In this document: positions 10,870 through 21,101 of the stretch, piece after piece
Layout of the letters: each line of letters begins with the position of its first letter
How positions within the stretch are numbered: position 1 is the first letter of the stretch
DNA from: an uncultured Chloroflexia bacterium
Lineage (GTDB): Bacteria; Chloroflexota; Limnocylindria; Limnocylindrales; CSP1-4
DNA length: 64,000 bases
Direction of reading: 5' to 3'
NCBI GenBank assembly: GCA_963833225.1
Contig: CAWHXD010000019.1
Location: forward strand, 96,001-160,000
Position numbers and translations under genes: made by a program
The notes under the pieces: model-generated
The model's database searches: none
Seen by the model: only the letters and a program-made list of their open reading frames with translations
Told to the model about the DNA's origin: nothing

Positions 10870-11663
10870 CGCTTGTACAGGAACGTGTCCTGCGCGTCCG
10901 GCTCGCCGATGGCCAGGCGTTGCGCGCGGTACAGGGACATGCCGAGGGCGTAGGCGTCGTCTGGGTCCAGCTCCTCCGATCGGCGCAGGGCCTCCATCTC
11001 GGTGCGCACGGCAAGCGGCGGATGACGGGCGATCAGCCCGGCAAGTCGACGGGCCTCGGGCAGCAGCTCGTCCGGCTCGACGATGCGGTTGACGAGGTGG
11101 ATCCGAAGCGCCTCGGCGGCGTCGATCGGCTCGCCGGTCAACGCCAGCTCCCAGGCGGCGGTCGGCGGGAGGAAGCGGCTGAGCCGCATCGTGCCTGCGA
11201 TGCCGCCCATCCCGTAGGCGATCTCGGGCAGCCCAAACCGCGCATCCGGTGTGGCGACGCGGATGTCCGTGAGGCGCAGGAGATAGAACAGGCCCCGGCC
11301 CAGGCACCAGCCCCTGACGGCTCCGATCAGCGGCTTCGTCCGCTCCAGCCGGAGGATGGCATCGGCGGCATCCCAGCCGGCCGGGTCCGGAGCATCGGGG
11401 GTCACGGGGCCAGGGCCCATCGCGCCCAGCAGGTCGCTCGCGGCGTCGCCCGAGGACGGCGACTCGGACTTGATGTCGTCGCCGGCCGAAAACGCACGCT
11501 CGCCGGCACCGGTGAGGATCCCGACCCGGAGCTCGGGATCGGCGAGGAAGTCGAGCATGGCCGCATGCAGCTCGCGGTGCATCGCGGGCGTGATGGGGTT
11601 GACCTTGCCGTTGGCCAGGGTGAACGTCGCGATCGCGCCGTCCCTGGTGTACTCGATGCCCAT
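10866..11663 (-). CDS. Enoyl-CoA hydratase/isomerase family protein
   Basis: LTGAGERAFSAGDDI, KPLIGAVRGWCLG, FGLPEI, LTGEPIDAAEA. Confidence 0.9.
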   Translation of the reverse strand: MGIEYTRDGAIATFTLANGKVNPITPAMHRELHAAMLDFLADPELRVGILTGAGERAFSAGDDIKSESPSSGDAASDLLGAMGPGPVTPDAPDPAGWDAADAILRLERTKPLIGAVRGWCLGRGLFYLLRLTDIRVATPDARFGLPEIAYGMGGIAGTMRLSRFLPPTAAWELALTGEPIDAAEALRIHLVNRIVEPDELLPEARRLAGLIARHPPLAVRTEMEALRRSEELDPDDAYALGMSLYRAQRLAIGEPDAQDTFLYKR

Positions 11664-11735
11664 GCCGCCTCCGTCGTTCGCTGCCAGTCTAGGTGGCGGC
11701 TGGCCAACACGGCGACTCGCTCCGACGGCGGCGGC

Positions 11736-13361
11736 TCAGACGGCGGCTCGCTCCGCGCGCATCCTCGCCGCGACGTTGATCCGCTGCACCTTCCGGGTGT
11801 GGGTCCTCGGGAAGTCCGGTTCCGGGAACACGGCGTGAGCGACCACGCGCTGGTGTGGCGCCAGGCGCGAGTTCGCCGTCTTGACGGCCTGAACCACGGC
11901 GCCCGCCTCGTCGGCGACCGGATCCGCGAAGGCGCCGCCCTCGCGGTACGCCGCGCAGATCCTGCCGTCGCCCCCGTCGTACACGACGGGCTCAACTAGG
12001 CCTGCCGCGACCAGCGCCGCCTCCACGTCCTCCGGGTGGACGTTCATGCCGTTGGTCAACGGGATCAGCGATCGCGTCCGGCCGATCAGCCGGAGCGACC
12101 CGGTCGCGTCGATCTCCCCGTAGTCGCCCGTCCGGTACCAGCCGTCGGTCGTGAACGCCGCTGCCGTCGACTCGGGGTCCTCCCAGTAGCCGGTGAACAC
12201 CGACGGGCCACGCACCACCACCTCGCCGTCGGGCTCCACGCGAAGCTCCAGCGGTGGCATCCACCAGCCCACGCGATCGGGTGGGGTCCGGCCGCGCTGG
12301 TTGGTCGCCACGAGCCCCGCCTCGGTTGACCCGTATCCCTGGACCACCTCGACGCCCAATGCCTCCCAGCTGCGCTGGAGCGCGGGCGACAGGTACGCCG
12401 CCGAGCAGAGCACCATCCGCAGCTCGCCGCCCATCGCCTCGTGGATCGTGCGGAACAGGCGTCGCCGGAGGCCGACCGGCAGGTAGGGCGCAATGCGCAG
12501 TGCGCGGCGGAACGTCGTGCCCTTGCCGGAGCGGTCCGCCTCGCGACGGATGGCCAGGAACAGCAGCTCCAGGACCTGCGGCACCACCACCAGTGCCGTG
12601 GCCCGGTGACCGCGGATCGATGCCGCGATGAGGTCGGGCCGCAGGGTGGTGATGTACTCGGTCTCGGCGCGCGCGGCGACCGCGTAGATCAGCCCCGCCA
12701 CCTGTTCCATGATGTGTGACAAGGGCAGGATCGACACGAAGCGGTTGCCGCCGCGCGGGATCGTCCGCAGGCAGCGGACCGTCGATGCCAGGAGCATCGA
12801 CTGGGTCACGGTCACGCCCTTGGGGTTCCCGGTGGACCCCGAGGTGCACAGGATCTCGATGGGCTCGTCGGGATCGGCGGCCTCGCGTGCGTTCAAGGCG
12901 GCTACCGCGCCCTGCGGCGGGGTGTTCGTCAGGTCGTCCAGGTCGATCACCGGCAGCGAGGCCAGGCGCGGGATGGTCACGGGCTCCACGGTGCTTCCGC
13001 TGCCCAGCAGGATCGCGGCCGGCTTGGTCAGGCTGGCGATGCGGTCGATGGTGTCCGCGGTCATCCGGACGTCGAGCGGCACCAGGACCACGTTCGCACG
13101 ACCGGCGGCGAACAGCGCGGCCGCGAACCCGGGCCCCGGGGCTCCCTGCACCAGGATGCGAGCTCGCGGCGCCACCGCCGCCGCGAGCCGTGCTGCCGCG
13201 TTGCCGGTTGCCGTCCCGAACTCCGCCATGGTCATCGAGATTCCGCGGGTGCTCGAGGTGCGGACGCCTAGGAACGGCGCATCGCCTGCGGCGGCAACCG
13301 CCTCGTCCAGCAGGGCAGGGAGCGTCGCGGGAAGCGGAATCTCGGGGAAGGAATCGGGCAC
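11736..13361 (-). CDS. AMP-dependent long-chain acyl-CoA synthetase
   Basis: TSGSTGNPKGV, QGYGSTE, GWYRTGD, NVHPEDVE. Confidence 0.9.
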   Translation of the reverse strand: MPDSFPEIPLPATLPALLDEAVAAAGDAPFLGVRTSSTRGISMTMAEFGTATGNAAARLAAAVAPRARILVQGAPGPGFAAALFAAGRANVVLVPLDVRMTADTIDRIASLTKPAAILLGSGSTVEPVTIPRLASLPVIDLDDLTNTPPQGAVAALNAREAADPDEPIEILCTSGSTGNPKGVTVTQSMLLASTVRCLRTIPRGGNRFVSILPLSHIMEQVAGLIYAVAARAETEYITTLRPDLIAASIRGHRATALVVVPQVLELLFLAIRREADRSGKGTTFRRALRIAPYLPVGLRRRLFRTIHEAMGGELRMVLCSAAYLSPALQRSWEALGVEVVQGYGSTEAGLVATNQRGRTPPDRVGWWMPPLELRVEPDGEVVVRGPSVFTGYWEDPESTAAAFTTDGWYRTGDYGEIDATGSLRLIGRTRSLIPLTNGMNVHPEDVEAALVAAGLVEPVVYDGGDGRICAAYREGGAFADPVADEAGAVVQAVKTANSRLAPHQRVVAHAVFPEPDFPRTHTRKVQRINVAARMRAERAAV

Positions 13362-13611
13362 GAAGCGGGCCTCGGGTGCGGACGCGGACCTCGAGGCCCG
13401 GGAGGGCCGGAGGCGGTGAGGATACCCCGTCGGTGCGAGAACGCCCTTGGCGGGTCGGGATCCACGGCGGTCCGAGTTGCCCGGCTGACGTCCCGGTCGC
13501 GCGTCGCCGTGGGTGCCGGACGGCCTGTTTCGCCCACGCCGGAATCACCCTAGGCAAGCCCGGCCCGGCCCGGCCACGATCCGTCCACGACTAGCGCGAG
13601 GGAGGGATCCC

Positions 13612-14934
13612 ATGGCCCACGCGACCACCCGCGGCGCCTACGGGGCGCTGGCGGATCGACTCAACCGTCTTCCCCAGGGCGCGCCGCCCACGGATCTCCT
13701 GTTCCGGATCCTCGCCCTGCTGTTCAGCGAGAAGGAGGCCGGCCTGGTCGCCCGCCTGCCCGTCCGCCCGGTGACCGCCGGGAGGGCAGCCCGCATCTGG
13801 GGCATGCGCGAGGCGGAGGCACGGTCCGTCCTCGATGGCCTCGCCTCACGCGCGATCCTGCTCGACATGGAGGGCCCCAACGGGACGCTCTACATCCTGC
13901 CGCCACCGATGGCCGGCTTCTTCGAGTTCTCGATGATGCGGGTGCGCGACGACATCGACCAGCATCTGCTCGCCGAGCTTTTCTACCAGTACATCACCGT
14001 CGAGGACGACTTCATCGTCTCGCTGTTCACCAACGGCGAGACGCAGCTGGGGCGCACGTTCGTCAATGAGCCGGCCCTCGACGAGGCGCGGCCCCGAGCC
14101 GAGCCGCGGCCCCGAGCCGGTGTCAGCGACACGAGCCTCCAGGTGCTGGACTACGAGCGTGCCAGCGAGGTCATCGGGACGGCGCAGCACATGGGCGTCG
14201 GGGTCTGCTACTGCCGCCACAAGGCCGAGCACGTGGGCAAGGCGTGCGCCGCTCCGCAGAACATCTGCATGACCTTTGGCGGGACCGCGGATGCGCTCAT
14301 CCGCCATGGGTTTGCGCGGAGGGTGGACGCCGCCGAAGGGATGGACCTCCTCGCGCAGGCCTGGGACAGCCGCCTGGTCCAGTTCGGCGAGAACGTCCAG
14401 CGCGACGTCGCGTTCATCTGCAACTGCTGCGGCTGCTGCTGCGAGGCGATGATCGCGCAGCGCCGGTTCGGGGCCATGGACCCGGTCCATACCACCAACT
14501 ACCTGCCGCACGTGGATGCGGCGACCTGCAACGGCTGCGCGAAGTGCGTCGACGTGTGCCCCGTCGAGGCCATGACCCTGGTCTCCGCCAACGACCCGGC
14601 CAAGCCCCGCAAGCGTCGAGCCGAGCTTGCCGCGGACATCTGCCTGGGCTGCGGCGTGTGCACCCGGGTGTGCGCGCCCAAGGCGCTGTGGCTGGAGCCG
14701 CGGCCGGAACGAGTGGTGACCCCCGTGGACACGCTCCACCGGACGGTGATGATGGCCATCGAGCGGGGGAAGCTCCAGGACTGCATCTTCGACAACCGGG
14801 CGCTGCTCAGTCACCGGGCGATGGCCGGGATCCTGGGCGTCATCCTCCGCCTGCCGCCGACCAAGCAGGTGCTCGCGAACCGCCAGCTCAAGTCGCGCTA
14901 CCTGGCGAAGCTGCTCGAGCACGTCTCGGTCTGA
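13612..14934 (+). CDS. 4Fe-4S dicluster domain protein
   Basis: CYCRH, ICNCCGCCC, CNGCAKCVDVCP, CLGCGVCTRVCA; RBS GGAGGG upstream. Confidence 0.85.
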   Translation: MAHATTRGAYGALADRLNRLPQGAPPTDLLFRILALLFSEKEAGLVARLPVRPVTAGRAARIWGMREAEARSVLDGLASRAILLDMEGPNGTLYILPPPMAGFFEFSMMRVRDDIDQHLLAELFYQYITVEDDFIVSLFTNGETQLGRTFVNEPALDEARPRAEPRPRAGVSDTSLQVLDYERASEVIGTAQHMGVGVCYCRHKAEHVGKACAAPQNICMTFGGTADALIRHGFARRVDAAEGMDLLAQAWDSRLVQFGENVQRDVAFICNCCGCCCEAMIAQRRFGAMDPVHTTNYLPHVDAATCNGCAKCVDVCPVEAMTLVSANDPAKPRKRRAELAADICLGCGVCTRVCAPKALWLEPRPERVVTPVDTLHRTVMMAIERGKLQDCIFDNRALLSHRAMAGILGVILRLPPTKQVLANRQLKSRYLAKLLEHVSV

Positions 14935-14955
14935 GGGGCCCAGGCGCGGGGCACA

Positions 14956-15100
14956 GGGCTCCGGGCGGGCTCCGGGCGGGCTCCCTCGGCCTCCGGGCGG
15001 GCTCCGGGCGCCCCGCCCACGCTCGGCCTCCGGCTGGGCTCCGGCCGGGCTCCGGGCTCCCTCGGCCTCCGGGCGGGCTTCCGGCCGGGCTCCGGGCGCC
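14956..15100 (+). repeat. Degenerate intergenic tandem repeat, ~11-nt unit CTCCGGGCGGG
   Basis: About ten imperfect copies of gg(g/c)ctccgg... between convergent genes. Confidence 0.7.
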
Positions 15101-15311
15101 CGAACGGTTGCATCGGGTGACAACCAGGGCCGCGGCAGACCCGTTCGCTACGCGGGAGCGATCACACGCGCAACACGTCCCGCGGCTGACGCCCGAACCA
15201 GCCTGTGACGGGACCGTTGGGGCTCCGGGCGCCTGAAGGATCGCGCCCGCCCTGCGCAGGGGCTGCGGCCGCCCGGCCCACGCGGGAGCGAAACCCGGCT
15301 TCGGGCAGCCC

Positions 15312-15950
15312 TCAGTCGAGCGCCAGGACGTGGACCGGGACCGGAGGCAGGTCGTCGTACGTTTCGGAGGCCGCCAGCATGCCGTCCTCAGGCACCTCGA
15401 GCGCCTCGAGCGCCGCGTCCGAGATCAGCGCATAGGGCTGATCCCCGACAAGGTCCCGGGCGTGGTTCTTGAGCAGCCGGTGAGCCACGATCACGTCGGG
15501 CCCTGCGAGCTCCTCGTTCCCGAAGATCCGCTGGACCACGTACTCGCCGTGGTGCAGCACGAACTTCACCCCCAGGTCGTGGATCCTCGAGCATGAGGTG
15601 CATTCGCAGGTCCAGATCGAGTTGGCATTCGCGAGCAGGTCGGTGAACGACGCGTGACAGGCACGCAGGCAGTCGATGACCTGCGTTCCGCGGGTCGGGT
15701 GGGCAGCATCCGAAACGGCAAACAGCGCGTCGCCCTCCAGCTTCACCAGCCGGAACCTCGGGGCGACCTTCGCCACCATCCCGTCGAGCAGCGATGACAG
15801 CAGCTCGTAGGCGGCCGGCGGCTGGTCGGCCTCGATGATGAGCGCGCGATGGGCGTCGGCCACGCCGTGGAGAAACGCGGCGTAGCCAGAGATGTCGGCG
15901 AGGAGGAACGTGCCCTCCACGTGGCCGCCGCGGCCGGCAGGGACGTGCAT
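15312..15950 (-). CDS. DUF2652 family (class III cyclase-like) protein
   Basis: LLADISGY, VKLEGDALF, CECTSC, LAGPDVIVAHRLLKN. Confidence 0.85.
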   Translation of the reverse strand: MHVPAGRGGHVEGTFLLADISGYAAFLHGVADAHRALIIEADQPPAAYELLSSLLDGMVAKVAPRFRLVKLEGDALFAVSDAAHPTRGTQVIDCLRACHASFTDLLANANSIWTCECTSCSRIHDLGVKFVLHHGEYVVQRIFGNEELAGPDVIVAHRLLKNHARDLVGDQPYALISDAALEALEVPEDGMLAASETYDDLPPVPVHVLALD

Positions 15951-16139
15951 CGGCGCAGCCTAGCCGGTTCTCGCGGCGCGCGACGATCGGTCGTGCCCAA
16001 GCCGTGGAGTCGACGCCCGGCCGTGGCCGACGCACGAAGATGGTCGAGATCGTGCGACCATCGTCGAGGTCATTCTCCGCGCCCTCGCGCGGCCCGCCCA
16101 CGAATTTCGTCCGGCGCCGCGCACACGAGGACCACGCCA

Positions 16140-17378
16140 ATGACGATCGACGCGTCAGCTGCCGCCGACCGCAACCAGACCGCATCGCTCGCGAGCCGGG
16201 CGATCGCCGAGGTCGAGGCCCACACCGCCCACAACTACTACCCGCTGCCGGTCGTGCTCGCCCGGGGCGAGGGCGCATGGGTCGAGGATGTCGATGGCAA
16301 CCGCTATCTCGACCTGCTGGCGGGCTACTCCGCGCTCAACTTCGGGCACCGCAACCCGCGCCTGGTCGAGGCCGTGGAGCACCAGCTGGGCCGCCTCACC
16401 CTGACCAGCCGCGCGTTCCACAACGACCTCCTGGGCGTGTTCGCGCGCGAGCTCGCGGACCTATGCCGCATGGACTCCGTCCTGCCGATGAACACCGGCG
16501 CCGAGGCGGTGGAGACCGCGATCAAGCTCGCTCGAAAGTGGGGGTACGAGCGCAAGGGCGTCGCCGAGGGCCGCGCCCGGATCATCGTCATGGGCGGCAA
16601 CTTCCACGGCCGAACCACGACCATCGTCGGGTTCAGCGACGACCCCGTCGCGCGCGCCGGGTTCGGGCCGTTCACCCCTGGGTTCGTCCGCGCCGAGTAT
16701 GGCAATGCGGCGGCGCTGGCCGCGGCGATCGACGATGACACCGTCGGCGTGCTCCTGGAGCCCATCCAGGGCGAGAATGGCGTGATCATCCCGCCGGACG
16801 GATACCTGCGCGAGGTCCGCCGCCTGTGCACCGAGCGCAACGTCCTGATGCTCGCCGACGAGATCCAGTCGGGCCTGGGCCGGACGGGCCGGACGTTCGC
16901 CTGCGATCACGAGGATGTGGTCCCGGACGTGTACATCCTGGGCAAGGCGCTCGGTGGCGGGATCCTGCCGGTTTCCGCGGTCGTCGCCCGCGCCGAGGTC
17001 ATGGACGTCATCCACCCGGGCGAGCACGGCTCCACCTTCGGCGGCAACCCGCTGGCCTGCGCGGTGGGCATCGAGGTCGTGCGAATGCTCGCGACCGGCG
17101 AGCCCCAGGCGCGCGCCGCGGATCTGGGCGCGGTTCTCGCCGGGGAGCTCGCGACCCTGCCGGCGGACAAGGTGAGCGCCGTGCGGGCGCGCGGGCTGTG
17201 GGCCGGCATCGACCTCATCGGGCGCACGGGTCGCGACCTGTGCGAGGGGCTCCTGCGCCGGGGCGTGCTCGCCAAGGACACGCACGGCTCCACGATCCGC
17301 CTCGCGCCCCCGATCGTCATCGAGCGCGATGATCTCGTCGCCGCCATCGGCATCCTCCGGGAGGAGCTCACCGGGTGA
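16140..17378 (+). CDS. rocD: Ornithine--oxo-acid aminotransferase
   Basis: AHNYYPLPVV, YSALNFGH, PMNTGAEAVETAIK, EPIQGE, DEIQSGLGRTG, LGKALGGG, HGSTFGGNPLAC. Confidence 0.94.
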   Translation: MTIDASAAADRNQTASLASRAIAEVEAHTAHNYYPLPVVLARGEGAWVEDVDGNRYLDLLAGYSALNFGHRNPRLVEAVEHQLGRLTLTSRAFHNDLLGVFARELADLCRMDSVLPMNTGAEAVETAIKLARKWGYERKGVAEGRARIIVMGGNFHGRTTTIVGFSDDPVARAGFGPFTPGFVRAEYGNAAALAAAIDDDTVGVLLEPIQGENGVIIPPDGYLREVRRLCTERNVLMLADEIQSGLGRTGRTFACDHEDVVPDVYILGKALGGGILPVSAVVARAEVMDVIHPGEHGSTFGGNPLACAVGIEVVRMLATGEPQARAADLGAVLAGELATLPADKVSAVRARGLWAGIDLIGRTGRDLCEGLLRRGVLAKDTHGSTIRLAPPIVIERDDLVAAIGILREELTG

Positions 17379-17463
17379 CGTCGGTACGGGGTCCGAATGA
17401 GGGATTTCTCATCCCCGTCCGAAACTCCATGATCCTTGAGCACCTCAGAGTGGCGTCATCCCA

Positions 17464-18735
17464 GTGATGACCCATGACAGCTACGGAGCCCCGTTGATCG
17501 CCACCGCCATCGAGAACCGCCTCCTCGCCGGCCCGCCGCTGGCAGGTCGCCCCGAGTCCTTCGACGACCACCGCGCGCGGCTCGGTCCGTTGCCCGCCGC
17601 GTACGCCAACGGCGACGTCATCACCACGCTCGAAGCCAGCGGCCTCCTGGGCCGGGGCGGTGCCGGGTTCCCGGTCGGCCGCAAATGGCGCGCGATGGCG
17701 TCACGGCCGCACGGCGGCGCGGTCCTGCTCGCCAACGGTGCCGAAGGCGAGCCGCCCAGCCACAAGGACCGGACGCTGATGGAGCACCGGCCACACCTCG
17801 TTCTCGATGGCGCCGCCCTGGCGGCGGAGGCCGTCGGCGCGGACGAGATCGTCATGTACATCGGCGAGGAGCACGAGGCGTCGATCGAGGCGATGGCCCA
17901 GGCGATGCGCGAGCGGCGGGCGACCATCCCGCGGCCGATGCGCCTGGTGAAGGCGCCCATCGGGTACGTCGCGGGCGAGGCCTCCGCCGCGGTCCACTAC
18001 GTCAATGCCGCGGACGCGAGACCCACCACCACGCCGCCCCGGATGTCGGAGAAGGGGATCGACGGCCACCCCACCATCGTCCAGAACGTCGAGAGCCTGG
18101 CCATGGCCGCCCTCATCGCGAGGTTCGGCGAGGACTGGTACCGGTCCGCCGGTCGGCTTGCGACCAAGGGCACGGCGCTGATCACCGTCACCGGCCCGCG
18201 GCTGGAGCAGGGCGTGCGCGAGATCGAGCTGGGGACGCCCCTGGGCGAGGTGATCGAGTCGGCCGGCGGTCGGCGCGACGACCTGTCGGCCGTGATCCTC
18301 GGCGGCTACTTCGGGACGTGGACCGATCTCGACGAGGCCTGGGACCTGCCGCTGGACCCGGTCGCGATGCGCGAGGTGGGGTTGACGTTCGGCGCCGGGA
18401 TCATCGGCGCCCTGGGGCGCAACACCTGCGGAGTGGCGGCCACCGCCGAGATCATCGGCTTCCTGGCTCGCGAGAGCGCCGGCCAGTGCGGACCATGCGT
18501 CTACGGTCTCGCGGCCGTGGCGGATGGTGCTCGCCGGCTTGCGCACGGGGCGGGCACCGAGGCGGACCTGGCGAACCTCGAGCGGTGGACCGCGCAGATC
18601 CCCGGTCGTGGCGCGTGCCACCACCCGGATGGCGCGATGCAGATGATGACAAGCTCGATGGCGGTGTTTGGCACCGAGCTGGCCTACCACGCGCGAACCG
18701 GGCGCTGCTCGGTTCACGCCGGGGCGTTCGGCTGA
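17464..18735 (+). CDS. NuoF-like FMN/Fe-S NADH oxidoreductase
   Basis: GLLGRGGAGFP, NGAEGEP, ESAGQCGPCVYG, GRGACHHPDG. Confidence 0.85.
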   Translation: MMTHDSYGAPLIATAIENRLLAGPPLAGRPESFDDHRARLGPLPAAYANGDVITTLEASGLLGRGGAGFPVGRKWRAMASRPHGGAVLLANGAEGEPPSHKDRTLMEHRPHLVLDGAALAAEAVGADEIVMYIGEEHEASIEAMAQAMRERRATIPRPMRLVKAPIGYVAGEASAAVHYVNAADARPTTTPPRMSEKGIDGHPTIVQNVESLAMAALIARFGEDWYRSAGRLATKGTALITVTGPRLEQGVREIELGTPLGEVIESAGGRRDDLSAVILGGYFGTWTDLDEAWDLPLDPVAMREVGLTFGAGIIGALGRNTCGVAATAEIIGFLARESAGQCGPCVYGLAAVADGARRLAHGAGTEADLANLERWTAQIPGRGACHHPDGAMQMMTSSMAVFGTELAYHARTGRCSVHAGAFG

Positions 18736-18959
18736 TGGCCAGGACCGAGCGCCGCCTGCGCGTGGACTGGATCAAGTGCGACGGCTACGGCACCTGCGCC
18801 GACATGCTGCCGGAGCTGATCGATGTCGACGAGTGGCGCTACCCGATCCTCGTCGGCAGCCCGGTGCCCGGAGCGCTGATGCACGACGCCCAGCGCGCGG
18901 TCGATTGCTGCCCGATGAAGGCGCTGATCCTGGAGAAGGTCCCGCCGGCGCGGGTGTAG
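18735..18959 (+). CDS. Ferredoxin (Fer4_13/15-like)
   Basis: LRVDWIKCDGYGTCADMLPE...AVDCCPMKAL; coupled to the NuoF-like stop. Confidence 0.85.
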   Translation: MARTERRLRVDWIKCDGYGTCADMLPELIDVDEWRYPILVGSPVPGALMHDAQRAVDCCPMKALILEKVPPARV

Positions 18960-19109
18960 GTCCCTCGAGCCCGCCGGCGGTGACCCGCCGGCGGGCCCGG
19001 CCACTCGCCCCCAGCCCCCGTATCGCCCGGCATCGGGCCGCCCCGCCCCCGTATCGCCCGCGGCCCCATGCGTCCCGGGGCCATCAGCGGCCCGCGGACC
19101 CCTGCCGGG

Positions 19110-21101
19110 TCAGGGTGACGCCGTCCCAGTGACAGGGCCGCAGGCGATCCACGTCCCGAGTGGGCGCGAACCGACGGGCGCCTCGCCGCCACCGACGAAG
19201 ACGAGGTCGCCGCTCCGGGCAATCACCATCCCGGCAAGATCGACGAGCGCTACCCCGTCCGGACCGACCTGACCCGCGTACCCGAACGGCCACACCACCG
19301 GGACGAGCGTCCCGCCCTGGGCCGCAACGGCCAGGCCGAGGACGCGATCCTCGACGATCTTGCCCTCGAGCAGCGCGGCCGGGCACGCCTGGGCCGTCGC
19401 GCCCGGCCCCTCCATCCATCGCGGTCCACTGGTCGGGATCCGGACGGCGCCGTTGCCCGCGTCCATGCCCCGCTTCACCAGGTCCACGATCCACGAGGTC
19501 ACGTAGCCCTCGCCGATTGCGACCTCCTCCGGGCCACGCTGGCCGTGCACCGCGGACGCGCTGCCGTCCCAGCCGTCCGCCGGGACCAGGACGACCACGA
19601 CGTCGAAGGGATACAGGCGGTCGCAGGCCGCGTCGGGCGGACAGGTGTCATCGACGACGATGAGCACGGCCTCGTCATAGGCATCGGGCACGCGCTGGCG
19701 GACGAGCGCGATTGCCCCTTCGCAGTCGGCGGGGGCGATCCGCCCGCAGCGGACGATCGGTCCCAGGTCCAGGGGCCCGGCCGGTCCAGGAGTTGCGGTC
19801 GGCGTCGCCGGGGCATGGGAGACAGCGTGGGGGGCCTCGGTCGGCGCGGGGGGCGTCGCCGCCGTGGCCACTCCGGGGAGCACCCGGATGGTGACCGAGG
19901 CGATGAGGTCGTGAGGCTCGCCACCGCACAGGTCCGGTGTCAAATTCGGGCCGGCGGCGATGCCCAGCCGCGCCGTGAGCGTCCACGTGCCCGCCGGGAG
20001 CCGCAGGACGTCGCTGGCGCGGCCGTCTGGGCCGATGTCGAGGTACGCCTTCACGAACGCGTCGTTGGGCGCCGGGTTGTCGTTCGAGTACGAGCCCCCC
20101 TTGATCCAGGGATGGGTTCGGGGCGAGCCGCGCTCGTAGCTCGTCGTCCGACACATCAGCATCGACGGGATGACGCCCGTGGAGCGGTCACCGCCGACCT
20201 CCTGCACGGAGAAGGTGACCGGCCCATCCGCGGACCGCACCTCGACGATCGGCTCCGGACCCAGGTACTCGACTACGGCCACGGCGTCGATCGCCTCGCC
20301 CTCGCGGTAGATCGACCGGTCCGCTCGCAACACCAGGCTGAACCGCGCGTCGGCGTCGCGGACCTCAACGGGCGCCGCGCCCGTGTCGGCCGTCGTCGCG
20401 GGCACGACCGTCACGAGGACGGACGCGCTCAGGCCGGTCGCGAACGTGGCCGTGAGATCCCACGTGCCGGGCGGCAGGTGCAGTGCGTCCCCACTCTCGA
20501 GGTACTGCTCGACGAACGCGTCGTTGACCGGATCGCCGCCGGTCGTGCCCCCCGATTTCTGCCACGGGTACCGCACGACCTCGCTCCGCTGGAACGACGT
20601 CGTGGTCAACAGGTCACGGACGCCGCCGTCGACGTGTCGCTTGCCGCCCACCTCCATGACGCTGAACACGACGGGGCTCGAGGTGTGCTCGACGTCGGTC
20701 GTTGACTCCGGGCCGAGGAACTCCACGGTCGCCTCCGCGATGATCGCCTCCCCCTCGGCGTAGGCGGATCGATCGGCGGTGAGGATGATCCGGAAGCGGC
20801 CGTCTTCGTTGGTCCCGGTGACCGGACCCGGGAAGCCGTCCACGACGGCCCCGGCCGACGCTGTAGGGGATGGCGTCGTCGAACCCGGTGCGGCCGAGCC
20901 GGGCGTCGTCGGGCCCGTCCCGCCCCGGCCCACGATCGCGACCCCCACGATGGCGACCACAGCCACCACCACCAGCGACATCGGCAGGGCGGCCGTGGCG
21001 CGGACGGCTCGACGGGCGTCGTCAGCGGGCGGTTTCGCGGTGGCGGCCACGCGATTCCAGTCGCGAAGCAGGGTGTCGATGTCCTCGTCGGAGCGCTTCA
21101 T
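19110..21101 (-). CDS. Single-pass membrane protein, putative anti-sigma factor with two tandem extracellular beta-sandwich domains
   Basis: ATGA-coupled to an ECF sigma; TM LVVVAVVAIVGVAIV; internal duplication RF.(I/L).L.ADRS.Y.EGEAI...L.LP.GTW.LTA. Confidence 0.6.
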   Translation of the reverse strand: MKRSDEDIDTLLRDWNRVAATAKPPADDARRAVRATAALPMSLVVVAVVAIVGVAIVGRGGTGPTTPGSAAPGSTTPSPTASAGAVVDGFPGPVTGTNEDGRFRIILTADRSAYAEGEAIIAEATVEFLGPESTTDVEHTSSPVVFSVMEVGGKRHVDGGVRDLLTTTSFQRSEVVRYPWQKSGGTTGGDPVNDAFVEQYLESGDALHLPPGTWDLTATFATGLSASVLVTVVPATTADTGAAPVEVRDADARFSLVLRADRSIYREGEAIDAVAVVEYLGPEPIVEVRSADGPVTFSVQEVGGDRSTGVIPSMLMCRTTSYERGSPRTHPWIKGGSYSNDNPAPNDAFVKAYLDIGPDGRASDVLRLPAGTWTLTARLGIAAGPNLTPDLCGGEPHDLIASVTIRVLPGVATAATPPAPTEAPHAVSHAPATPTATPGPAGPLDLGPIVRCGRIAPADCEGAIALVRQRVPDAYDEAVLIVVDDTCPPDAACDRLYPFDVVVVLVPADGWDGSASAVHGQRGPEEVAIGEGYVTSWIVDLVKRGMDAGNGAVRIPTSGPRWMEGPGATAQACPAALLEGKIVEDRVLGLAVAAQGGTLVPVVWPFGYAGQVGPDGVALVDLAGMVIARSGDLVFVGGGEAPVGSRPLGTWIACGPVTGTASP

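Noticed and set aside
17398-17413. ATGAG-N6-CTCAT palindrome upstream of the NuoF-like gene
   Set aside because: Only 5-bp arms and a single copy; cannot be distinguished from chance.
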